Shown: positions 1-13,856, numbered from the whole stretch's first letter. The stretch is DNA of 63,587 bases, filler included, from Choristocarpus tenellus KU-1152 (GCA_964200185.2; 9 parts of 9 records of this genome joined end to end with filler, not necessarily neighbours in it), one strand, 5' to 3'. The notes: generated from the letters alone by a model not told the origin. Program-made: numbers and translations.

Positions 1-1188
1 ACCCCCCCCCCAGATAAATTGACCCACAAAAAGGTGCAAACCAAGCGGAAGAGGGGGGGGTGAAGATGATGTTGGGAGGGCGACATAGGTTCATTAAGGC
101 ATGAGGTGCACAGGCCATCATGACGTAAGTTGAGAGCTGTGGGGGAAATGGATCTGCATATGTAGGTTACAACTCAGCAATAGGTAGCACGCATCCTCTT
201 TGTCTCTAAGGAAAAACTTCTAGGTTCTGAGTCAAAGTAAACGAGAGGTATTAGTTGCATTTTAAGGATGCTGACAAATAAATGGGTAAGGGTATTTTCT
301 TAATTATGTTGGAAAACTTTCAATCAATAGAGAAATAAACGCTCTCAATTCAAACCTAGAACTTCATCTATAAAATTGTGGGTGAATTGCGTAAAAGATT
401 GAAAAATAGACTCAAAATGTAAAACAACCAAAGGTGCCCCTCATTTGCTTTGGCTCTCCCCCTTTTGCCTTTCCGATGGCGTTTAAAGAAGTACCAGAGG
501 TTGTACAACACTAGAACTCTAACTAAAGAGGTCAAAGAGGAGTGGATGGTTTTTCAAAACAAAATCCCAGCAATTGTTGCTAAGATCAAATCTTGTATCC
601 CATCATGCCGAATATACGTGGAAAGTGACAATGCAATACCTTTTTGTTCTGAAAGGAGCAGTAAAGGAATCCTCACTAAACAATGATTGCCACGCTGCTT
701 ATCTAGCTGACTGGGTATTAATAAGTGAATCATTGTACTTTACGACTGAAGTCAATGAAATCTACAGAAATGCAATACTGTGCATATCAGAAGCTTGATA
801 ACATTGTTAATTAGGTAAAATAGAAATCCTTGTGTTCGCAACTGATACAACCTGATGTTATATTTTGCTGTTCAAGTATTATACTATTTGATCTTAAATA
901 CTGAAAATAAAATCCAACAATAAATAATTTATCCGTTGAATAGTGGTGTTTTTGCCTTTTTTGCACTGGGGATTGTCCTGTTGAGCCCAGAGTCTATGGC
1001 AGTGCCTTCTCTCCGGCTGATCACGAGTTTGATTTTGTGTTCATTTTGTGTTTTTGTTCGTTTACAACAATTTTTCGTTGTATCTCGTGTCTTAGCGTGT
1101 AATATTGGGTGTTCCGTTTTGCGTCCTTATCCGACTTTGTGGTACCTTCTTTTATTGTTTACGATATATATTTGATAAAAAGATGCTA

Positions 1189-3302
1189 CCTCCATGCCAT
1201 AAGTCTGTGCCGCGCTGTCCATAACTTTTGAAGATCATTTTTGACGGAAGATTTGGAATCCTTCAGGTATTTCTGGTTAGGGTCAGCTCTTTTTATTATT
1301 ACTCCCCATCCATCACAGTTTTATCAGCTACAGAAAAGGCCTCCATGTCTACCTTCAGCGTATTTTCAAGCTCACCAGACAACTGCCTCTTCCTTACCCC
1401 TTCGTGCTCCACACTGAAGTCATTCCCCCGTTTTTATTTAAGTGCTTGATTGTACACGACAAAAAGGAGTTGCCAAGTCCTCTCAAGTGTGGTTTCATCA
1501 TACTCCTCATACTGTTTCTTAATGACCACCACCATCTCCTCAACGGACCTAAACCACTCCCTCATCACCTGGCATCTCAAAGACCTGAAGAAGCACAGGT
1601 CCATGATATTGAGGTCGGGGGAGTTTTAAATGGCTGCATCACAAGCCTAATCGACCACCCCTCAGTCTTCCCTGCCCAAGATTTCTGAGTTGCCCTTGCC
1701 CATGTGGGGGGTGGCACCGTCTTGCTGAACGACAATGTGCTGTTACAGCACGCTCCAGAAACTTACCTCCACAGGATGTATAGCTCCAATCCACAAGCCT
1801 AGAGAAAATGCTAATGCTCACGAGAGCCTCTCAGGATACTTCAACAGGCCAGAGGAGTCCAACGCACATCTGGTTAGTCCAACGTCAGCTCAGTAGAACA
1901 GGGAGTACTTCTCTCAATTAATATCAATATATGAATTTGGTATCAGAATTAAGAAAGTGCTCAGAGGGCATTGATTGTTCAAGGCTTTACGTTATTTCTT
2001 TCATCGTCATTTGCCGTTTATTTGTTTTGGCTAACAGAAGTTGGAAAACATCTGAAAACCGTTGCAACATTCCCAAGTTACAGATCTTACTCTGCCAACC
2101 TTTAGCAAATCGGAGTTCCTCTTTATGATGTTCCCTACGTGTGAATACTGATCGCGCTGTTCGCCTGTAACAGTGCTTCCCCTCCAACCAAGGCATCTTG
2201 GTCTTGATTGCAGGCAGTAATTCCTCCGTGTACCACTTCCTGTACTACAAATGGTCTAAAGTATAGTCCTGCTCATACACATCCCCCTTTTTATTGTTCT
2301 TGCTTGTCCTGTTTGCCGTTTTTGGCGCGCCAAACACACACACTCCAAACACCAAGCTTCCCATCAAAGCTGTGTGCCGAATCTGGGCGGGCGTTGACTG
2401 CAATGATCATGGTTTGGGGGACACGACTCTGTGCTGCACAGTAGGGGACCCTGGAAGGTCGCTATCATCGTCATGCAGAAATATCGTAACCCTTTCCCCA
2501 TCAGCTATCACCTCAAACTAGGTATCAGCAACATGGATTGTGTTCGCTTGGGGGCGTACACACCACGTTTCCGATCCACTTGATCGCAAACAACGTCCAT
2601 TCTCCTTACCCTTTGCCACGATTTAAGCTCGGGTTTGATCCAGCGGCGATTCGGCATGGCCCCCATATCATCCAACCATCTGTGTATGGTGCTCATGCTA
2701 TAATCCAGCCCCTTGGCAGCCATCTTCATTGTCACCTGACGCACTGCGGATGACCAACTATCGGAGTTGGTACTATGTATTGCGGCCATCTTGGTCGTTG
2801 TGAGCTCCGAAGGTCGCCCACTACGTGCCACCAACCCTAGGTCAAGTGTATGGCGACGGGCGAGCTGATCGGCGAAGTCCTCCCAAAGCCCTCACATGTA
2901 ACTCTTGGACACTCCAAACTCCACTGTGAGGGTCGCCCCAACGTGTCGCAGCAGTTTATGCTCACCAGGGACCATCACGAGGGCGTGCCGCACCGCAAAC
3001 GCAACCCTGGTATTCAGGGACACCTGGGCACGCTTCCTACACGGGGGGTTGACGGGGGGGTTGCCATGCCGATGTTCTGACCCTCAACGTGCCCAGTTCT
3101 GGCCTCAAAATCATCTCAAAAGACCCCTACTTTGACGGCTTGAAGCACCTCGATTTTGTAGCGGATGATCGTCGACCCCCACCTTTTCTGAAAGCTGAGA
3201 GTATCAACCCGATTTCATTTTGCGGAGTTATCATCCGATTTAGCACAATTCTCGCTTGTAGCCCAGATGTTTCGCGGCACAAACTTATGGCACAGAGAGA
3301 GG
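1189..3302 (-). mobile_element. Full-length degenerate Tc1/mariner DNA transposon (plant-mariner/Stowaway-related DDD type), interrupted by a nested element at 1741-2172
   Basis: Imperfect TIRs 1189-1214 (cctccatgccataagtctgtgccgcg) and 3273-3302 (cgcggcacaaacttatggcacagagagagg), with TA on both sides (1187-88, 3303-04). Minus-strand translation, with stops and frameshifts, gives SGRPSELT...STIHRW...IKPEL, IHVADT*F (cf. VHVDEKWF), MIIAVNARP..FDGKLGVW, LLPAIKTKMPW, IVVQQDGATPH, GWSIRLVMQP...PDLNIMDLCFFRSL and GNDFSVEH, ending at a stop at 1299. Confidence 0.9.
1741..2172. mobile_element. Family C short element with TGTTACAG...CTGTAACA ends (Ginger-like MITE or solo LTR), nested in the mariner transposase
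   Basis: 8-bp terminal inverted repeat and a 4-bp TSD GTGC (1737-40, 2173-76). Removing it rejoins the transposase as PWLEGKH|IVVQQDG. Confidence 0.85.
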
Positions 3303-3357
3303 TAGTATGATATTTATTTCACTCTGGTACGTTCATTTTATGATAGGGAATGTCCCT

Positions 3358-3506
3358 TCTTTTAGAACATTTCCTTGCCTGGTAAAGGATATGTTTCCAC
3401 GCACAAGTTGGGGTTAAGTTGAAGGTTAGGGTTAGGGTTTTCAAAAAATGTGTGCGAAAGAGTGGAAAAAAAATCAGTAGGGAGACACGGGGGCTCCTCT
3501 GTGCAC
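3358..3506 (-). repeat. Family D dispersed repeat with an internal telomere-like (TTAGGG) core
   Basis: Its reverse complement aligns by eye to 19832-19984 (gtgcacagrgga...tttttccac..ttcgca..aaccctaaccc..atatcc.t.accagg.aaggaaa..ttcta). Confidence 0.65.
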
Positions 3507-3607
3507 CGAAGACAAAGCGAAAGAGGAGATGCAATTATGGTACGGGTGATACATCTTGGTGACAGTTTCATAAAAACACCATTATAACCTTGATGCTCTA
3601 GATTTTA

Positions 3608-3785
3608 GGCTCAAAGTATTTGGGGGGGGTGGCAGCTGTCCACTCGGGGCCCATTTTTCCATGTCACGATTATTGGGTGATTTAATTGCATGCATCAGAT
3701 GGATAATGTAAGTGCACTTCTCCTGGTCAGGGCCCAAATGGACACCCTGGTGTAAGAGCCCCACCCCCCCCAGATACTTTGAGCC
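3608..3785 (-). mobile_element. MITE family B (~175 bp, poly-G-containing TIRs, 3-bp TSD)
   Basis: Ends ggctcaaagtatt(g)n ... (c)n agatactttgagcc, with TSD TTA. The internal sequence is shared with copies at 13857, 37963, 42574 and 56486. Confidence 0.85.
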
Positions 3786-4984
3786 TTATCTATTTGTATT
3801 TCTTGACTATTTATTTATTTTTTAGTCAATATGATGGCAATTGAGAGGCGGACAGATTTCGGTCATTTTGCATTCCAAGCCATCTATTTCTCCTACTATC
3901 CTGTGTAATACACTCTATTTCATTGCTTTATGTGCACAATAGTGCACGAAAGGATATATCCCCCCTTTCCATACTCCAATTGACAACCAATTCAGCAAAT
4001 AATGTTCTTTCTTCACTTGTACAAAATGACATATTTTTCCCCTTTCTCTCTGGATCCTTCAAGTGGAACCCTGCCTATCTCTCGGTTTTACTGAAGCGAG
4101 GTAAAAAAGGAGGCAGTAAATTAGCCATTCTTCTTAACTACGGTGGTTAGTAACACACAATATATGTATGAGGTACTTTCGAAGTATCATAGTACAATGT
4201 CTAGTATCTCTGACCACAGGTCGGGATAGTGCTTAGGGTAAAGTGGAGAAAATTGTAACACTTCATACTTCTGTTTATAAAAAATACCAATGATTAAGTA
4301 TATTAGAGAGGGTTAGGGATAGGGTTCTACTTTGGACCATGTGTGTGTCTCACTGCTTGCTGCACTTGGGGGGGGGGGGTTGTTATAACGTTGTGATCAA
4401 TGATTACAGTCATGATAATTTGTAGGATTAATCGGGAGGGAATTTGCTAAAGCTTTTTAGTGACACATTATATATATGTGAATTGCGTTAAAATGTTCAC
4501 GATGAAGTCCCATGCTCAGGGGAGGAGGTGGTGAAAAGTATTTCACGATGCAAAACTCCCCCTTTGCAAATAGACTGTCTCATGTTGCTAGGTCGTGACC
4601 TTTTGCTTTTGGAACATAAAATAAATACCGTTATGTAGAGTGTGGACCTTGAACTGACTGCTACAGTTGGGTATTCGTAGTTTGATTATACCAGGAGGAA
4701 ACCTGATTCCTCACCTTTGTGTGGATCGGAAGGACAGTGGTGTTGTATTTGTCCTTTTTGGTTGTATGGCAGTTGGTCCAATTGTTCACCGCCAATGCTA
4801 CGTTAAATACAGATATCTAAAAATCGTTGAGCTCTACACGATATTGTCACACCTTGTGTCGATGATGATGGCTGATAATTATGACAATTGACCTATGGAT
4901 CATTTATTCATCACCATACGAATATTCACTGCATCATATGTGTACTATTACATGTCCTCTGGACTGACAGAGATATTGCGCCAT

Positions 4985-5045
4985 TGTTACAACACGCTCC
5001 AAATTTTACCTCCACAGGATGTGTAGCTCTAATCCAATGACCTTT
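4985..5045 (+). repeat. Family C 5' fragment
   Basis: tgttacaacacgctcc...ttacctccacaggatgtgtagctc matches 1741-1795. No right end was found. Confidence 0.7.
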
Positions 5046-8000
5046 AAACGACGCTACTGGGGTATTTCCATAGTTGATAGCCACGTGCGGGTGTCAGTCA
5101 CTCTTCTCTCGATGCTTCATTTAGTGCTTAGCTCAAAGCTTGACTTAATTTTTTAGTTGAGAAATAAAAGAGAGCAAGAAATACGATAAGTGGCCCTCAA
5201 AGTATTCTTATATTTACTTCATCCACCCGATTTCTACAGACTACAAGTCGAAAGACATCTGCCAGCTCTTGTATACGTACTCAAATTACAAATCTTTCCT
5301 GTAACTTTTAAGAAATCGGCATTTATTCTGTAAAGTCATCTATGTGCTACGAATCCCGTATACTGCTCACGTTTGCTAGAACGTGAGAAGAAATGCTGGC
5401 GCTATTATTCTCCTGTAATACCGTCTCCTTTCCTTGTATATATATCATGGTGATCTGTGTAACTTTGTTCTCAGCAACCCTCAAACCTACATTAAGCAAG
5501 AAGAGATCAAATGGAATATGGAAAGCAGTGTATACTTACTCCAGGGAAGACGCTAATTTCATTAGTAAATGTCTCTATTACACAAGTCATTCCACAGGGA
5601 AAGGTAAGATATGTACAAGAAAGAAGCCAGGTTTGTCATATTCAATTGCCTGTTTTATGACATCGAGGTGCGCATAATATTTTCCTTTTTTTAAGATATA
5701 GATCTATCACATTATTTTTAGTGCATGTATGTATGTATATATGTATTGTACGTACATTTTTTCAATACAGAATATAGTGATCTGAGAACAATTTTCAAAT
5801 ATCCTACTCCACCATGGCAATGTCACTCTATATGGTCATCTGAGAGGGGGGAAAGGAGATCCCACGATAGACAACAAGTCAAAGCGTTTGTTCTCAAATT
5901 TCACAACATTCATGGCACATACGATCTTACACCCCTCTGTGCTTGGACAGCCCGAAATGTGAAAAAAAAGCATTATGCCACTAAAGGTCTTGTCCTATGA
6001 CCACGAACCTGTTCTCTCTTTGTGTGTCGTGATACTATTTTTGTGTCTTACCCTTGTGAGCTGTGCCTAGCTTCCAACCGATAATATGGACCTGTGTCTG
6101 AGCTTGGATCTGTTGGTGGCGTTCCCCCAAACGAGGAAAGGCATTTTCACGTTCACTCAAACCCTCGGTGGGATTAGGTAGGTGAGTTTCCCACCCCATC
6201 ATCTTCTTCAGTACCCACCGAAAAACTGTATGTGTTGTTTGTTGGTTTTGTAGTAGGACTGGCTTGCGGTTTATATCTACTTGTACCAAGTGACGAGGGA
6301 TCAGAAGTTGTACCATGCTATTAAAACCTTTTGCCCTCCATCTCACTCAGGTCTAGTGGTGGTTAGGAGTTTCAGCTCTGATCGCATAGAAGACAGGCTG
6401 GTGGTGTAGAGCGTCTCAAAAAAAGCAATTTACGAGGGACCGACATTTCAGATTACACAAGAGTCGTTTTTTTCGGGTGGGATGGAACCCTGTTTGGTTT
6501 TCTGTTCGCGCTTCCTAGAAAACACGAAAATACAGGGTAACTATAGCGGTTGTTATCTCACCCTCAATCGTACGACGGCTACCTGCTCGATCTCTTCACC
6601 TTCACAGATCCTACACCTATACACAACTCTTAGGGGTACAACATGATACCTTTTTTTGCACCCAGTACCACATACCAGCCAGCCGAGTATACCTTGGGGA
6701 TATTTTTTTGGTTTGGTTTTATTCAGTATCATTTGGCGACTGATGATGTTCAAAAGCAGTCTGACACCACCTGTCCCCCTATTCGCACTGGTCGTTCCCA
6801 GTTAGACCCTTCTAGAGGTGCCAAAAAGTGGGATTTGTAGCCGCTCGTCCCGAAAACGACTTTTGTCGACTTACTTCCTGCCACTTCAAATGATCAACAC
6901 AGAGGGGTGTCGTCCGAGGTCCATGTGGGTGCATGGGAGTAATAAGGACTTCCCTTCATTGCTCCTTCCCACCCATGGAAACGTTGGTAGATGTATGGGA
7001 TCTCTGCACTCTAGTCAACCGAGGGACTGAGGTGGGAGTTCGCCTGCGCTCTGTTAATGCTGCTGTCTTCATATCTATTCCTCAGACAATCTAGCAAGGA
7101 TGTTCCTTCTTTCTCTCCCGTGTCTCACTTGCAACATCCTCTAGTGCGCTTGGTCTCTCCACCTTACCTTTCAGTAATACATTTTCACATTATCTAAAGC
7201 ATTCCACTCGTTCAACGAATTACATGAGCCTCCTCTTGCGACAATCCTGTTGATTGTAATACTGTTGACTATTCCTATCATTCTCTTGGAACGACCATAA
7301 TTGGTTACTGGAAGGGAAGAGTGGGATGTGTGGCGATAGTTACAAATATCCGCCGTTTCCAGTGTGTCAATACCTATTAAAAATAAATATTTTTTATTTA
7401 ATCTGATAAACGCATAATCCTTCATTTCAAGGATAATTAATGCGACAGTCTACGTACGCACGATGAATGTCAAGGTGTACATAGGGTTCCTACCTCCTAC
7501 ACCACCAGTAGTAGCAGGTAGGTAGACGTTCAACTATGTACAGTAATGTAAATAGTGGAGTTCCCCTTGCAATGAAGGGTCACGGCCCTCAATTTTGGGC
7601 TTTGGGTTTATGATGCAACAGCATGATGGATAGTCACCATAGGGTCCTGTATACTCGTACCCAATAGAAGAACTTATGATGATGATGAAGACCAAGCGAA
7701 AAGACTTCTTACGAGCCGCGAGGGCTGGAGTCCAAAGTTCATAGTCCGACGTTGTGTGGAAGGTGGTAAGGGCGTTGGAGGTTGGAGTCTGTTTAGCAAG
7801 TCCTAACAATGTATCAATACACATTGCATGTACAACAATACTTGAAGTATCGTCATGGATATTTACCATGAATAATAGAACAGTAGTATATGGTGGAGGA
7901 TCATCATGGATCATTAGTTGCATGGATGGAGTATCATCGGGCAAACAAAAAATCGAACTTGTGGAAGCAATTTAATGCAATACAATTCACCATAAATTAT

Positions 8001-8738
8001 TGTAATGCGGCAAAATGTAAATTATCTTCCACAATACTAAAATATGTTACAATTGTTCAGCTTATTGATATTTTACAGATAAAATATGTTGTGCCAGGAA
8101 GAGAGATGTAAAATGTTATTTACATTAAAAAAATGTACTGAAAATAATTATTCAACACTAGAAACATCGTAGTTGAAGTTGAAGTTTGGGACATATCATC
8201 CATACCACAGAGCCATACAAATATGCGATGGAAAGTTGGTATTGATTATTGATGATGGTTTTGTTCAATTGGAAGGGGCTCTCTCGTTCATTTCTTCTAA
8301 ATTAATCTCGCACATTCTAGGATTTTCGTATTTTATTGGCTATAGATTATTCGGAAACAAGAGTATTGGTTAGATTTCTGGGGGGGGTTTGCCTCAAGCT
8401 TGATAGTGGAAGGTGGAAAGAGCTCTGTGGATGGAAGAGACGAATGGATAGGGACCTGAATATTCGTGACGGTGAGAATGAACTGAACGAAGATTCTAGA
8501 GGTTCAGAGAGTAAATTAGGTTGTTTCTCTTCCAATAGTGTTCGAATCGGTTCTATTGTTCTAACTTCTCAACGTATGTGTATAAAGAAGGGGCAGGTAG
8601 AGATTTCTGGATGGAGGGTGTGTGGCGATGGTACCAGGGGTGAAGGCTTCGAAGCAACCGGTCTAATCGGGGGACAACAAGGAGCAAGGCAGAGGGTATT
8701 GACACTTTGAGTAGTCAAGAGGTAAAGAGTTCAAAGAC

Positions 8739-11700
8739 ATGGGGTGCACACAGACCAAGGGTGCTGGCGCATCATCGGCTTCCGCGGATGTGGATAAGCA
8801 GCTAGGTGTGATTAATGTTTATCAGGGTGTGCTATTGTAGGTTTCGTAGTCCTACCCCTTTGACAATGTGGTTCGATGTTTTTCTTGCACGCTCGATCTC
8901 CAGGTAGGACTGGAAGTCGGTCGTTATACATGTTTTTTCTCCTTACACACATCTTGAGTCAACGATTTTACTCATCTGAATCTGTTCGCTCTTATAATAC
9001 GTGAAAATTTTCAGCTGATGCAGCACAAGCCGACCAAAATCACTACAAAATCTTGCTGCTGGGGGCAGGAGAGTCGGGGAAGAGCACAGTTCTCAAGTGA
9101 GTGATTACTCGCCGTGGCAGTAGTCTCCTGTTGGATCTGAAAACCCTTTGCTTGAACCTTGAGGAAACCATATTTCTTCCTTGTGAATTAACTCTGCTAT
9201 TCACTATTGTTGTACAATGCCGTGTACATGTGGAGTCAGTTGAGACCTCTAGTAGCCCAGACATCCTTAGCGGTCCCGTACACGAATACGAGCTTATAAT
9301 TTAGATCAGGACACCGCTTATACTATCTAAAAGAATGAGTGGGTGTATTCTCGATATGTTTTCTCATTCAGTATGGCCTGAAGATGAAAACGTTTCCGAT
9401 ACTCTCGACTCAAAAACGTCGCTCACATTGCTTGATACAGATCCAGCAATAGGGATGGTTCTCTTTCCCATCATGGTTAAAGAGCGCACAATTGTCCTTA
9501 ACATGTCATTTTGTTTTGGCGTACCATTAGCAGTATCACCAGATTAGAACAAGAGTCCCCTCTGCAGTGGAGAACTTTAGTCGAGTTGATCAGCCAGAGA
9601 TACAAGTGGTACACACTCAAGTCAACCTGACCGTTCTCCCTACTGCGGATATGCCTCGTGGCCTCGGACAGGATCTATGAGGTCCTTTACACACCCTCTA
9701 ATTTCGTTGAAGGTAGCGAATCTCATCATGGTCAAGGAGAATCTTAATATCTTGATCGTCGTGTTATTTACAGCTTCGTATAATACTTTGATACCTATGC
9801 GCTCCTTTCCCTTCCTGTCTAGAGAAGTGTTCAAGGCAATAATATAAAGTGTGTGTTTTTTCTTCCTCAGCGTACATCACTACCTTTCTCTAGTCAACCC
9901 CTGAGTATTCTTGTGCGTTTTTCGACATCATATCTACTCTATTTGGTTGTTCTTATCGAATAGTTGGATTGCTGTCGCCCTTCCCTGCTGTTGTTACTCC
10001 CCACCATGGCCACAGGCAGGTGAAGATGATATTCAAGGGTCATATTGATGAAAAGGAAAGGGAGGAGTTTGTAATATCCATTCGCAGGAATGCTGTTGAG
10101 TGTATGCAGGTTATCCTGGAGGCAATGACGACGCTCGGCATCGGCCTGAGGTTGCCAGAAAATGCACCTCTGATGCAGGTGTGGCAGGTTGGCAAGGTGT
10201 TAGTAGTCCTTAGTTGGAGTGGTTGTTGGAGGTGGTATAGGGTGAAAATTTGACGCAGGTTACTTAGATTAAGACCTTGAAGAAGAATACAGTCTCGATC
10301 TAGCTGTTTGTTGATATGATGTCTTCACTGGTCGCTCTCTAAGCTCTTGCTTCCCCCCCGAAAAATCGTACAAGTACCTGGGCCCCCTACAGTGAACAAA
10401 CGTACATGGTATTGGAGTCGCGGTTACTTCAACACTTGAGATGTAACCTGCCCATTAATTTGGTGGTAGTTGCTCTTGTTTTTATTGACTTGCTTTTTCC
10501 TTCACACCCAGATGAGTCATGCACTAACACAACATCCTCGCAACGAAATGCATATCATTGAGGAGTATGGAACTCCTCCTCCAGACTAGCCTTCCTCCAC
10601 CCCTTCTACTCCTGATGATATCATTTTTATTTCTTCTTTTTAGTCAACTTCGCTAGCGTAATATTTTGAAGCAGTTCGGAATTCCACGTGTACCTCCTGC
10701 TTACAGAAAGTACTGGGGATGGGCGAAGATGTGCCGTTCACACCTAAGGTGGCGAATTACATTGCTACGTTGTGGGCCGACCCAGGGGTTAGGGAGGCAT
10801 ATGGAAAACGGAATAAGTGAGTCTTATTGCTTACTGTTGCTGCCTTTGTGACCTTGAATTCGCGCTTTAGTCTCCAATACACTCTGTTATGATCTGATAC
10901 TTGAATTAGATAGGTTATTGACTGCCCAAAAGTCAAAGGAGGACTTCTGGAACCGTTTTGTTTCCTACTTCTATCTAGGGTACAATTCAGCACAATCGTT
11001 AGCTGAAAGTAGTTGTCATGAGTCGATATGAGAGCTCAACAGTAAGGTGTAATATTTGGTTATCTAGGATTTTGCAACCAAACTACACCACTTGCAGACC
11101 GTTGGTTGGATAGACTCATTATTTTTTTTTCCAAGTATTTGTCAAGAGTACTTTATTGTTTGGTATGGGAAGGTGTGTGTATGGTTTGTCATTTTAGCTT
11201 CATTTTGTTGATATTAGCATCAATAGATGATCTCGTCATATCCCCAATAAATGGGTTGATCAATTATCGATGTTGCACATTCTAGCTCTTCCCCAAGAAG
11301 ATATACTGACAGAATTGCTGAGACACATAGGGATGGTTTCTGTTTTTGCTGAGACCTTCCTGGACTGTTTCTTATGTGTCAACTCATGTGACGTCAAGAT
11401 CACTATGGATACGGTTGTTAATAATGCCCTTACTATTGTGAGAGTTGTAGGTCACAGAAAGTGCTTCAAAAGTTATGTTCAGGTTGCATGTATTGCCTAC
11501 AGTGACAAGACAGTTAACGCAAGCTCAGTCCATTCCTCCTCATCTAGCACACTGCCAACAGAAGGAAGTAATATTTTCCCCCAGAACACGACTGTACACA
11601 AAGGCCCTCCCCGGCAACAACCATCTTGTCTTCAACTTGAGGCTAACTCCTCTTTTCCACTGCCTGCCTCCCATCGATTACGGTGAGAAAAGGTTCTGGT

Positions 11701-13812
11701 TGTTGGATGCTGCGAGCTATTACTTCGATGAAGTGCTTCGCTTGGCCGAGACTGACTATGTGCCCACTGACGAAGACATCATCTTAACACGAGTGCGCAC
11801 CACAGGCATTGACACTACTCAGTTCAGTGAACCGCCTTACACCTACTCTGTGGTTGATGTAGGGGGGCAGAGGAACGAACGGCGCAAGTGGATCCACTGT
11901 TTCGACAACGTTAAGGTCAGTGATAGATTACTCTTGTTGTTTACACTCTACTCCTTGAAATGCTCTTTGGAATGATATGGTTTTGGGGTAGGGGTAGAGT
12001 AAATTTGTTTTAGTTATATTGGGAAATGTATGACTTGCCCTGGTTATGAGAAGTCACACCAAGGAGGTATGGGATGATACGATAAGACTGGTATGCTTTT
12101 TTGGGAAGTTGCTTTTGAACATATTGCAAAGTGTGTGATACGACCATTTGTTTCTTCCATATGTTTATGCTTTCGGTTGTCCTAGGAATCCATTGTGTGC
12201 TATGTGAACATGCTTTGACAGTATGTACTCACTGATTTTGGGTGTTCTGTTTATTTTTACCTGCAACATGTCCTTTGAAGTATGTGTTTTATGTTTTGGT
12301 GCAGTCTTCTGCTCAATACTTGGACGTACTACTAGTAAGTACATAAAATTGATGTAATAAAAGGACGTTTAAGAGTGAAGGGCAGTGAAGTGTTGTGTGA
12401 AGGGCAACATCAAGGTCAATGTAATAGTGCTTGTATGTAATATATATATATATATATATTCGGTGGAATTGCCGCATCTTTTTACCCTTTACTCTCCAAT
12501 GTGTGAATTGTTTTGGTAGATCCTAACATAGATCCTTCACTGATATTGTACTATATCGAAGTGCATTAGAAGTAATTGTGACCTTCTGTGCTCTACTTGG
12601 TTGTTGCTTCTGCGTGTTTTGCATCCCCATCTCCCATGCAACAGGCAGTGGTGTTCCTTGCAGGCCTGAGCGGATACAGCCAACCACTATTTGAGGACAG
12701 CACACAGAACAAGATGGAGGAGAGTCTGAAACTTTTCAAGCAGGTGCATACAGTGGATTTCTTCTCACTCCTCCATTCGTGGAATATATGGAAAATCACA
12801 ATATTGATTACACATACACACACAAATGGACTCCGTTTATTTCAAGGTTGCACCAAACCTGTAGCTGGCATTGAGATTTGTGCAAAGATCGAGAGGATCA
12901 GGTAGGATACAGTAGTAGTGGGGATCAGTTGCATCTGCAAGTAGAGACTAGTGGTATCTCCCTTGCTCAGTCTTAATATGTGAGTGATAGCATCTTAGAG
13001 TGTACGAGTTTTTCCCTTTTGTCCATTTGGGGCTTAACTGCCCACATGTTTTTAATTACATTTTTCCTACTCCAAAATATTTCGGATTAGGAAAAATGTG
13101 CATGTTATGAAAAGGAGTGTCTGGAACAAGGATATTGACCTCTCCTAACAAAAATAATAATTTCAGCATTGGCCCCCAAATGGATGCGACTCTACCCTCT
13201 AAGATACTTTGGCTCATGTCGCAATTCTTCTTCCCAATCTGAAGGCTGAGATAATTGAAGGGAAGATACTCTACTATCTTTGCTGTTTTGCCCGGTGATT
13301 CTTGCACCTCGCTCAACCAGTTATATTTCCTGCGTTTAATGAATGGGTGGGAATACTGTTGAACAGCACAAATTTCCTAATACAACTTTATGGTGAATTT
13401 GAACAATCAAGAGACAGTCCAGGATGATGAGGCATACCCCAAGTTCAAGCTTGAATCATTTGATCACTTAGATTTACATTAGCCCTCTCAAAATATGGTA
13501 TTTCCCCTCCAATGCAATTGCTACTTCTCTGTCAAGGTGGTGGCAAACCCTCTCTTCCGTGAGACCCCAGTTTTCCTCTTTCTTAACAAGAAGGACCTGT
13601 TTGAGACCATGATAAGGAGTTTTCCTTTACGGACATGCTTCCCCGAGTATGAGGGCAAAGAATCAGACGTGCACGAGGCGCTTCGTTTTGTGGAGGGAAA
13701 GTTCAGGGGGATTGTTCAAGCCTCCTGTCCCAACAAGAAGCTGTTTGTGCATGTAGTGGCGGCTCGGTTGAGGATGGATATGAAAGTGGCGTGGGGGGAC
13801 GTTAAGGAACAG
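8739..13812 (+). CDS. Heterotrimeric G-protein alpha subunit (7 exons; short terminal exon not identified)
   Basis: Exons 8739-8805, 9015-9096, 10016-10178, 10707-10816, 11693-11915, 12645-12743 and 13537-13812, all GT-AG and phase-compatible. Motifs: N-terminal MGC, G1 LLLGAGESGKST, G2 RVRTTG, G3 DVGGQRNERRKWIHCF, G4 FLNKKD. The model ends at ...WGDVKEQ followed by a strong donor gtgagt. Confidence 0.96.
12982..13215 (-). mobile_element. MITE family A (GAG...CTC ends, 4-bp TSD; Sola2-like) in G-alpha intron 6
   Basis: gagtgatagcatcttagagtgta ... taccctctaagatactttggctc, with TSD ATGT on both sides. Confidence 0.85.
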
Positions 13813-13856
13813 GTGAGTTATATTTGGGATGTACACATGTGTGCCATACAAGCTGT

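Noticed and set aside
7667-7806. Possible terminal exon RTYDDDEDQAKRLL...FSKS*
   Set aside because: It looks protein-like, but no upstream exons or family could be assigned.
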